Below, piece after piece: positions 25,112 through 35,900 of a stretch of DNA of 59,276 bases. The stretch's first letter is position 1; every line of letters begins with the position of its first letter. The notes below the pieces were generated by a model. It was given only the letters and a program-made list of their open reading frames with translations. It was not told the origin of the DNA and did not search any database. The stretch is from positions 131,069 to 190,344 of the forward strand of contig JBNGIO010006060.1 in assembly GCA_049999805.1 (NCBI GenBank), given 5' to 3'. The stretch is from Folioceros fuciformis (taxonomy: Eukaryota). Made by a program: the position numbers and the translations under genes.

Positions 25112-26520
25112 GGAACTGTTCGGAGTGAAGACACTGGCACAGTGCGTTACTCAAGTTCTTCTGAAAGACGGTCCTTTCCGACGGTGTATGTAGATGATAG
25201 CTCGAAGAGAAGTTATCACAACCGATGTTGGAGGTGACATGGTTCAGTCTCAAGCCATGAAGTGAGAGTCAAGGAACTGATATCTGCGAGCGCTGTGGGG
25301 ATTCTCCTTGAGTGGACGTAACCCCTCGAAAGCCAAAAGTAAGGGCAAGTAGCGGGTGTCTGCACACTCGCATTTTGCCAAATGAATCAACGCACGAGTG
25401 TCCAGACTGTTGCGACAGCTACTGGAACAGCAATCGAGCGCCTCTTAGGCCAACGGAAGAAATCGCATTGACCACACCCTGGATACAGAGACGGAGAGTT
25501 GCAGTAAGAAGTTAAGGTCAAAGAAATGAAAATCCTCGTCCCTGTTTTGTTGAGCAACGACCTTTACTACCTGCTGCAGCCAGGCGGACTGTAAAACATC
25601 GCAAGGGAATTTCAAGATCTCTGAGGTCACGGAATCCGTGGCACCAACCAATTGGGAGGCGGAAAAGATGGAAGCATATTTCGTTCCTGCAGAGTCAGTA
25701 CAACTGTAGCCTGTGGTCACATCCGCGTTTCAGGACAACTTGCATGGATCAGGCTCTTCTCCATGCGCGAGAATGCTGTAAACACCTGGTCGGGATTGAG
25801 CCCTAGCAGCCCCCACCAGGTACGTACGTCCTCCCGCTCCAGATGATAATCGTGCATTTTCTTCATTCCAGCCTGGATATTCTTGAGAGCCTACTTTGCA
25901 GGGAAGCAACGACGACCATTTTGGTTGCTTCGGTGAGCTCCAGGGAAACTCGTTGCGATTCGGACAGAGCGAGGGAAGTCGAGACGCGGCTGTGTCGTGG
26001 AGACATTTGCGTAGTGTGAAAGTACGTATTGTCAGCGTCCTGCACTTCAGATGTGTTCCTGCTGCCGTGTATTGCGATTGAGCGTTACCAGGGGAGCGTG
26101 GGAAGGCTACCAACCGCTGTTCCGCGCACCAGTCACAAGGACTGGAAAAACGAAACAAACCCCGGATGAATTCAAATCCACCACAATTCCGGGCTTGTGC
26201 TTGGTATGAGCCTCTCGAATATTTTAAATTCCAAAAATCTTCGATTGTCTGGATGCCTGTGAGATGACAGTCAGCATATGATCAGCACATCTCAGACTTC
26301 CTTGGTTTCAACTTGTCGCATAGGATAGCAAAAGCATCGGATTCCCAATGCACCCACTATTCACCCATTTCCTAATTCGGACCAGTGCACCTAGATCACA
26401 AAGCTGAGATCCAGTGTGGCTAGATCGGACGCGTGCTTTGCTGCTCAGCAGTATAGGGAAGTAGCAGCGAAGCAGAAACGTTGTGGATCGGACGTGCTTA
26501 GAATTCGCTCCCGGACAGTC

Positions 26521-28171
26521 CTAGGAATCCCAGTCGTGAAGCCAGTGGTATGTTAAACGATCACCGGGATGGTCAGGGTAGCCGAAGGACTGAATGATCT
26601 GGCCGAGCTTGTTGGTATCAATGCTGTAGTCCGGCACACCCGTGTAGGGATCCAGACACAAGGTGGTGTTGCCCCGGCTCGGGTTTGGCACTGCGTCCAG
26701 GAAGGGATTGGAGGTATCATGTTTCAAAGCAAGAGCTCCGGCATTGACGTGCATCCATGTGTGCATCACCGAGAGGTCGGAGTGGTTGTAGCCGCTCCAG
26801 TTACAAGGCCCGAAGATCTCCACCACACCGGCTCCCTCCGGGAGGCAGAATGTTGCCCACGTGTTGGCTCCATGGGCTATGACGAGGATGTCTGTCTGGG
26901 AGAAGACGGAGAAGACGTCCGGGAAATCGTAGGACGTCAGTCCATTTGCGATCATGTCATCCAGGGAGTGCACCGCGAGTCTGGGGCGGGACATGTTCCC
27001 GAGGAAGCCCAGGACTTGGTCGCTGTTGGTCACCCTGCGTCTGATGGTGTCGTGCCGCCCGTAGTACAGGACTCTCAGCGAGGACGGGGGCACGGGGATC
27101 AGGGGAGGGGGATCGTACCCGAAGAATCGGAAAACAGATGCCCGGAAGTTCTGGATCGCAGGCTTGTAGATCTTTGGCGGAAGCCTGGTCTGGTCAATCC
27201 TGTCCCTGTCATGCATCTGAAGCAGCAGGCGCTCGAAGCAGGCCGGCCGTGTCTGGTTCTGCAGGAGAAGGTAATCGGAGCCTGGCGCGAGCTCCATGAG
27301 CATCCTTGCCTGCAAGCCAAGGCGTCGCTGTTCAGACCCTTGCAAACCTGTATTGTACGAAGGCATATCTGCTGGAAGCTTTGTAGAGGAAGCTCACCTG
27401 CCACAGCAGCTGCTTCCTGTCGTCGATGTGCTCGCTTTCTTGCAGCCATTTGCTGAACCTGTGGACCAGGAAATGGTGCACCGGCTTCGGAGTGGTGGCG
27501 TTCAGGGGAGCAACAAACCCTGCCAGATGCGGCCATGTCCGCTCAGCCCAGTTGTGCATCGCGTTCCCCACGTATGCCACGAAATGCAAGGTATTCCCAG
27601 GGATCCAGCTGTGGTGCTCGGGCAGCCCGCCGGAGGCGTGTTGCACTCCGGTGCACGTGTCCGTGCTCTGGTTTCCACAGGCGCCGTAAAGATCGTTCCA
27701 GAGGTAGTACAGCTCCTCGTCCGCGGTCAGGTTCCCCAGCAGCTCTGCTGCCGACATGTCCAGGAGCAGCAGGGTCTCGTCCGGAAAAATGCACACGTTC
27801 TCCACCGCCAGAATCGGGAACTTGAAGACGTTGTTGTTAGCCAGGAAGCGCGAGCTGTGGCCAGCTCCCGCGTATGTGTTAGGTCGGAAGGAGTCCACAC
27901 TTACTGCCTTCATCCTTTCATAGTAAGCATGATGCAGGCTGATCTGCGGGGCAGGTGACAGCCGGCCAGATGAATCCGGCGCCCTGTCTGATCCTGGCCC
28001 AGCGCTCCCCTGGAAAAGACTAGTTGATTGCCAAGTTGCCGCGGAGAAGCAGATCTTGGAGCCCTGTGGGGACAGCGTGCTCAGCCTCAAGAAAGCAATG
28101 ATCATTGTGGCCAGCACCACAAGCAAAACCGCCGGTGCTAACCTGCAGTTGTGAGATGCAAGAGCTTTCAT
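26521..28171 (-). CDS. Glycosyltransferase family 61-like (DUF563) type II membrane protein, 2 exons
   Basis: N-terminal TM anchor (VLLVVLATMIIAFL). An 88-nt GT-AG intron at 27310-27397 joins the two ORFs in frame. Motifs RVLYYGRHDTIRRRVTN and DILVIAHGANTWATFCLPEGAGVVEIF match the GT61 catalytic pattern. Confidence 0.75.
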
Positions 28172-28764
28172 TGTTTTCCGCTGATCCAGAACGCAGCCTC
28201 ACTTCATCTGCATGGCAGAAGCTTTCATCCGGTCTTGCCCACTATGGCCGACAGCAGTCCGGTCGGCGGGAACGGGGTAACGACTGGTTCGGCCGTTAGA
28301 AAGGAACAGACTCACGTACAAACTTCCATTTCTTTGCAAGTCTTTTTCAGTGTTGAAGAAAGGTCTGGGGTGGATGACGATATAGCCAAGGAGAATGGGA
28401 TGGGTGAAATGGGGAGGAAAGATGCATGGCATGCCACAGTGCAGAATGCAGATGGGGCAGGATCTGAAAAGCAGGGTACGAGCATTGGCAGTCCTTGGAG
28501 CCTCACCGTAGTGGATGATGGCATTAGGGCAAGACGTTTTGAAAGGCGTCTCTGGTTGCACGTCGACCTCGTGCCAAGATTGTGAACAGTCATGGGAATC
28601 GTGCGTCTCCTTGGAACCTGTGACAGCCAGCAGGCTTTTGAAGATATCAGCACTCCTCTGATTCCATCTGAGAAGCAGCAGCTACTAATAATCTTGGTTC
28701 CTGTGGCCTCGGCATCTCATAACCAATATGTTCTCAGTACAAACAGACATTTCTCTGGGTGTAG

Positions 28765-29477
28765 GTGGGCTGCCCCCTTCGGTCCAGGATGTTCAAGGCG
28801 TCGCACCCTCACTTTGTGACAGGCGCTTTCAAGCCCCAGAATGTGTTTCTGGAGTCTCATGAATACGGTCTGGCCCTGGACTGCCTTGTTAAAGCCTGCA
28901 CAGACCTTCTCATTCTCGACAGCGACGGGCCTGAAGGCCGGGTTCTGCTGGGGAAACGCATCGTGGAGCCTCAGCCCGACTGGTGGTAAGGGTTTGCTTT
29001 TTCTCCTTGCCAGACGGATGCAGCTTGGCTGCAGTTGCCGACATCTGAAATGCTCATCTGGCACCAGGTTCATGGGAGGACGGATGAAGCCGGGCGAGAC
29101 ACCTGAGCAGTCCATGTCACGCCTGGTTGCCAGAGAGTTGCACCTCAAGGTGGATCCCAGTCGCTTCCTCCCACTTGGCTGCCATTCTTATGTTTGGGCA
29201 AGACGGCAACAACCTCCCGAAGACAACGGAACCTGTGACATTTCCGTTGTCTTCAGTCTGGCGCTCGACGCTGGCGAAATCTCCAGCATTCATATGGATG
29301 AAAACGAGTACTCGGAATTCAGGTCAGTGTTCTATCTGTCCGCCTGCTTCTGGCTGTGTTTGTGCACGCCACTGCAGATCTGAACCGTGGCCAATCTGCA
29401 GGTGGTTCACGTTGTCGGACATCGTTGGTGAACCACATTTTCACCCGGCACTTAGGGCATCGGTCAGGTCCGCCTAG
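28765..29477 (+). CDS. Nudix hydrolase resembling GDP-mannose mannosyl hydrolase (NudD/Gmm). Start uncertain (ATG 28789 or a short exon at 28592)
   Basis: Spliced product FLESHEYGLALDCLVKACTDLLILDSDGPEGRVLLGKRIVEPQPDWWFMGGRMKPGETPEQSMSRLVARELHL...DENEYSEFRWFT...FHP has a modified Nudix box (RLxxxEL). Confidence 0.78.
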
Positions 29478-29912
29478 TCCCGAAGTTTTCTCGTGGGTTC
29501 CGCCAGAGTTTTTCACAGCTGAAACTTGTATCGTTGTGCAGGGATCTTGTGGCGAGGCATGCCTGGAACCGATTGAAGCAGGTTGTGGCCTCGGATTGCT
29601 CGAATGAGATCGCAGAAGCCGCAAGGAAACTAGTTGCCCTGTCTCTCCAACCAATCTAGGCGCCATGCTGTGCAAGTAGCCGAAGCACACTTCGCTCTCA
29701 ATCAGTCATACCATCTCCCCTTCTACCATGTCACTATTCCTAAAGCAGCTGGTGTGGCTGAGGTGAGGTATTGACCGCGTGACCACGAAGGTTGCTAGGA
29801 GCCAGGTTTGCAGATGCACAGGTCCCGCTTCAGAACTTCTCGCCGTTGAGGAGTTAGTAGGCGCTGTACAGATGCCGACCTTCGGACTTCTGGAAGCTTG
29901 GTATACAAAATG

Positions 29913-32900
29913 TTATGAGATATTCAAGCTCGCAAGATACTCCACAGCGGTTTTCGCGGCTGACTCCATGGCTGCTTTTTTGGATGACAGTTTGGAGCCC
30001 TCGTAGAAGAATTTCTGCATGGGGGGAACTGCCACTCCTACCTCGAAGTGAAACCTGCAGAAGAAGGGATGGTCATGCTGCTGCTTTGAGGAGGGAGATG
30101 AAGTGTTGATCCGTGGTGAGTCTTGAAGCAACTTACTCCGCGGGAAGGCATCCATCCACCCTGTTGAGAGGGCGGAAGTCAGGGGACGGCCACTTCTTTC
30201 GAGCGCAGATCTCGTGAAGCCTTGATCTGTAGTAACCAGCGTGTATCTCGTCATTTGGTACTGGATCTGCATCCGGAACTTAAGTCAGCCAGGAGAGAAT
30301 GGACACGGACTGAAACATGAGCAGTCGAGCTCCCTGAGGACAGGGATACCTGGTGCAGACTGGGTTTTGGAGGCTTGTGGCCGGCTCCTTTCCAGCTCTG
30401 ACATCTGTCTTAGAAAAGGAGCGTAGTCTTCTGCTGGTATCCCCCTCACGGAGACCAGCGGAGTTCGGGATTCAGAAGTTGCTGTCTTAGAATGTCCAGA
30501 CTTCCGGCCTATCTGANNNNNNNNNNTCCTGAGATCCTCCAAGTATTTCAAAATCAGATCTTCGGCTGCAGTACTCTGGCCATGCCCACTGGATGACGAG
30601 TTCGATAAACCCATTCCTACATGCGGCCGTGTCTTGCAGTCGACAGGAGATGGTCGCCCGATTTCTGTTAGACCATGTCTGGTAGGATCAGGGACTTCGC
30701 CTACCTGAACGCTCTGCGCAGATGGCATTTCCAGTGAAGGTGCATCATGTTCACGAGAAGCAGTACCAGCAGTCTCACCACCTTTAGACGTTCTGCGGTT
30801 GTGCATTTGAACATCCTCAAAACATTCACTCTCTACTCCTATCCTGTTCATACAACCTGCAACTTGAGAATGGATTTCATCCGCCTGTGAACGGCTCCCG
30901 TCTTGCTCTGACCGTAATCTTAAGAAATGAGCATAATCTGATGCTGGTATTCCGCTCAGGAAGTCCGTCGTAGTTTCAAACTGAGAAACCGCAGGCTTCG
31001 ACGATCTATACTTTGAGCCTGCCTCACTGGCCGCCCCTACAACAGTAGGAGCTACGGTTGGCCTCATATCAGTTTGGAGTTTATCACCACCCCTGCCCAA
31101 CTTTAAACTCATGGGCAGCTGTTGCTCCCTTAACATGAGATTCTTCAAGTGTATCAGCTCGTCTACAGCTGCAGTATCATGTCTAAGCCCCCTGGATGAT
31201 GAGTCCACAGCGCCATTTTGCACCTGGGACCTTACCTCACATTCGACAAGACTTGGTCGAACAGTTCCTGCGGTGGCATATATAGGGTCAAGGCATTCGG
31301 GCAACTTGGCACGGTATGCAGATTGTTGTTTCGGTGGAGGTGAATCGTGCCCAGCAGAATCACTTGCACTCTGACCATTCTCAGACGGTTTGTGGCTACA
31401 AGTGTGTATGTACCCACCTCCTTCACCCTCTACTCCACTATGGTTGAAAGAGCTTTCAACTTCCATTGAATGCATTTCCTAAAAGTACAGGAAAACGCCA
31501 GTGAGGATCAAGTTGTCCCGTCTTTTACACGTTCCACACGCATGATGCAATAGAGTTTTGAGGAAAGCAGAAGCACAGTAAAGACCTGAGAGTACGAGTT
31601 GTCTAGGGACTCAGGTCTCGTCTCCATAACTGAAGGCACTGGCCTATTACGGTTCGCCAGGTCAATCATTTCCTCAGACATAGAAGCAGCAGTCACGCTC
31701 CTCGACTCTTCTCCACCCCCTCTCGTATCACCACCTTTAATCGAGCTCAGTACTTCAACAAGCTCATGCCTCAAGTGCCGGAAACCTTTGCTCTGCAATC
31801 ACAACCAGACGCTGAGAGAACAAAAGCCAACGAGTAGTCCAACAACTACATGGACTGCTCTCCTCTAACCTCCAACTGATTCAATGCATCTTGCGCAGCA
31901 ACCCTTTTTGCACTTCCGCCGTCCACCTTCTCCCCGTTTCCTGTGATAGTCGCATCTTTGATTGTAACAGTTGCTGACACGGATACCGAGTTGTCACCGA
32001 GCTGTGTTTTATATTCTGGTGTACCCCACGAATTTGACTGACAAAGCTCCAGAAGCTCACGAACTGGGTGAATGGCGACAGTCTCTGGAGTGGCTATCGG
32101 CTGAAGCAATGGCTCAAATACAGCCCATACCTTATCAATGTCAAAGTTTGAATCTACCAACACAGCTCCAGCTAAGGATTCCACCAAGTCTCCCAGCACC
32201 TAATCACGTGTGATCAGTCATGCGTTGGGCTAAGGACAACCTTATCACAAAGATAAAACTTGAACACCACACAACCGTATCTACTGACCTTAGGAGCCTT
32301 GTCACCTTCCCATGTCTCTAGCAGATTGTCTTGCAGGAGTAACACAAACTCCTTTAATTGCTTAGACAGCGAACCGGAGTTGTGACGAAGAAAGTTGTGC
32401 AGATTATGTCGAACTGCTATTCGTGCGAAGTGGTCATTACTTACTGACGCAGACCGTAGGTCCGTGAGAAGTCCCGGCTGCAACTCAGGAAATTTTGTGT
32501 AGAGATATTTGGTTATCAGGAAGTCCAGTACAGCATCTCCCAAAAATTCCAGTCTCTGATCACGCGAAACAAAGAAGTTAGGCAGAGGACTGCCATGTCA
32601 AAATCGAATTTTAGAACGTCAACCGCAAAGGAAAGCACACGAACTTCTTGAAATGAAGAACTAACCTGATAACAGCCAATTACAGGATCAGAGTGTGAGG
32701 CATGGGTGATAGCTTGAACCATAAGAGCTTTATTTCTGAAAGTGTATGCCAGTGCACGCTCAAGCCGTGGAACTCCCTTTACTTCCATGCAATTCTGAGC
32801 CTGGAACTTGAGAGAGGGATCAAAATCTACTGCTATACCCATCCACCCCATGAACGCTAAGCAACTATCAGGACCGCACTCAACCAAGTGCATACCGATC

Positions 32901-35900
32901 AGAGCTTCCACTACATCCGCTACAGTCTTCTGATGCATCCAACGATGTCCTTCACTGCACCTGACTTTTCTCTTAAGTCGTGGAGTGCATTCCGCGACGG
33001 ATAATGATCCGACGGATGATTCGTCATCACCCTTTGCATGCAACATAGCACTCACACATGGATCACAGACTACTCTGCACCACCGACCAGGTACAACCCA
33101 ATCTCGTGGGGCAAACAGTTCGTCCCGAATGAACGCCTGCAACCAAAACACAAATGAAAGATGAGCATGCATCCGAGAAGCTGCTATCGGCAGACAGAGA
33201 CAGCTGAGAATAATGATGCTTATCCTTACAGGAATACCCCGTGCAACACCAAGCTGATGCAAGGCAGAATTACAGATAGTTCGAGCCCTCCGAAACGACA
33301 ACTGCCCTTCATGTTTGTTTTCATAGAGAAGAAAGAGACGCTGGCTCACTGCAAACTTCAGGAAGGAATCTCCGAGGAGCTCAAGTCTCTCCAGGTTGAA
33401 GGACTCAGCGCATTTTGCTGTGGTTAAGCATTGCAATATCTGCAATAGATGACACAAGAATGCTCATCAAACGAGATACGAAGGCGCAGAAAGATGAAAC
33501 CGGGCATGGAATGAGCGTGTGACAGCAGCTTGCCTTCATGATTGGGATCTTCCCTGAGTCAGAAATGGTGACTGCCATCCTATCCCGGAACTCCTCGGCG
33601 ATGAGCATGCTCTCTAGTCGATGCATGACACTTGGCAGTAAGTGTACACCATTGACAAGACGAGCGGAGAATCCAAGCATCCTAATTTTACATAATTCGG
33701 GAGGAAGCTCTACGACAGTAGACTTTATGGAATTCATTACTGCAAACACAGGCACACGTCCGGAATCTCAGCACAGGTAATCCATTTACGTGGACAAAAA
33801 ACGGCACTAGCCGAGCACATAACACTCCAGCTCGCCATTCTGCTCTTCGACATTTTGTACAATTTACAATGAAAGATGAGGAAGACAGCAGTTAGGGAGC
33901 GGGTAATAGCACTGAACCAGTCGGGCTTGGAGCCCCAGTTGAGCGTGATACGAGTAAATTGCGAGCTACACTCAAGCGCCTTGCTCGTAGCAGGCACTGC
34001 TCTGGATACAGTAATGTTTCTCCGTGCCTGTATTTTCAGGATTTATCAGTGCATCTAAAACAGACAGTGATATCAGCATTTGCGAACAAACACCACAAGC
34101 AGCAGCTTCCACAATGGAGACTAAAGTCCTGGAGAGAGCTCATCACCTCAACTTGAAGTACGTCACATATGAATCATATTCTGCATCATTGAAACGGCTG
34201 TAGGAATTCCACTGCTGAATAACATCGAGGATATAGTACACTTTTCTATCGGTCTTGTGGGTCACAACTACTACGGCACCTACGATATCCTCCACCGAAG
34301 CCAGTCCATCGGCCACCTGTAGAGTTTGGGCATCCAGCCCGTTCCCCCTTACGCTGACCTTGTACACGGGAGCGTCGCTTTCAGGAAAGCCTCGACTGTC
34401 GAGTCCTGAGGTGGAGAGCACTTTCTTTATTGTCATCCAGTCAATTTCCGCCTGTCCTGGATCACTCGGCGACTCGCTAGCAGACAGAGGGAGAAGAAGG
34501 TAACTCTTGGATGCGTCCCATGCATCCATCAGTGGCAAGCTTCTTCCTCCGAGGCAAACATGATCTCTTAGAAGCCCATCAAAATCCAGTATTGTACTGA
34601 AAAGATACGACTGGAATAGTTTGCCGTCCTCTATCTGTATGGCACAAACAAATACAAGCCCAGGTCCGTTTCAGTAATACAAAACAAGTCGACCACCATC
34701 ATCTGAGCACTTCATAATATGACTGACATACCTCACGGTGAGTTAGATGCACCACTCCACACGGTACCAATTTAATAGTGACGGATCTTTGCTGTGGCAG
34801 GTCTAGCGTCAGCTCCATGGCCTCAAGCTCACTATCAAGAGAGGATTCCAGATAGAGGGCAAAATCCGCATATTCCACGGATTCCGATGCTGGATTAGGG
34901 GCTACGCAAATGCGATAAGTATGGAAACACTTTTCGGCAACCAAGAACCCAGCGAATCCACATGGCATCGCACTGGGATAAAGCTCCTCAGGATTTAGAC
35001 CTGATGGCAGAAAGCATAAACGAATGAGGAGATGTTGTCAGGTCGGCATGCAAGTTAAACGGCCAGAAAAAACCAAAAAAATGGCCAGTTGCAGGACAGG
35101 AAACATGGTTCATAACTGCCTTACAGCAAATCTCACCAGTAGCGGTCTTATTCCGAATTCCGAAAGGCTTGTCCTCTCCATCGTCTTCCGAATCACAAGC
35201 AGGAAGAAGAAAGTCGGTCAACGCTCCACAGGCATGTAGTTGCTTACATGCTTCCAGGCATGCGACTTGCCTTGCTCTAGTGTTACTGTCACATTCGTGT
35301 CCAACAATGGTTCGAAAAGGAGCATTTGGTGGCAACGTAATTGTACAGGAGAAACCCAATGTTTGAGTTTCCGTGAAACTGAAATCCGGAGCTGGCGAAT
35401 AGAACCTGGAGGTGGAAAGTAGGCAAACAGAATCACACCTGCGACGAAAAACCATGCAGGATACACAACTATTACTTCTAAGCGTCAAAGACCTTACTTG
35501 TCTCCAGGCAACTTGGCGCAGTAATCATGAAGCAGAGATACACTTGAATCTGTGTTCACAGTTGCCCCAGTTTTCTGCACACAATAGGCTTCCAGATCTC
35601 TGCTTTCTGGAAGTAGCGCAACCCTTGGCTCGCTCCCTCGCAAAGAAGCCTGCTCATACATCATACTTTCGGCGAGCAGAAGAGTCTTCAAGTGGGCATC
35701 TTTTTCTGTACTACCCCTAAGGAACAGTCGTGAACAACTCAGTCAGGACATGGCAATATACATAATGGATTGAAATGCACAGAGCAACATTCTCACGGAA
35801 GGCTTCCATTGTCGCAAGGTGACATATCAACTAGGCGAAAGCACATTTCACATCTGGACCCTACCTTTCACAAAGTAGCACATAAGTGGAACCCTGAAGA

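Noticed and set aside
25300-26160. Possible small minus-strand gene
   Set aside because: I could not build a coherent spliced ORF or recognise a domain.
27310-27397. Apparent frameshift in the GT61 gene
   Set aside because: Resolved by an 88-nt GT-AG intron.
26569-27958. Long + strand ORFs (295 and 220 aa)
   Set aside because: Antisense shadows of the GC-rich GT61 coding exons.
28569-28587. 10-nt match to the miR536 5' end (tcgtgccaag)
   Set aside because: Too short, diverges afterwards, and no hairpin seen.
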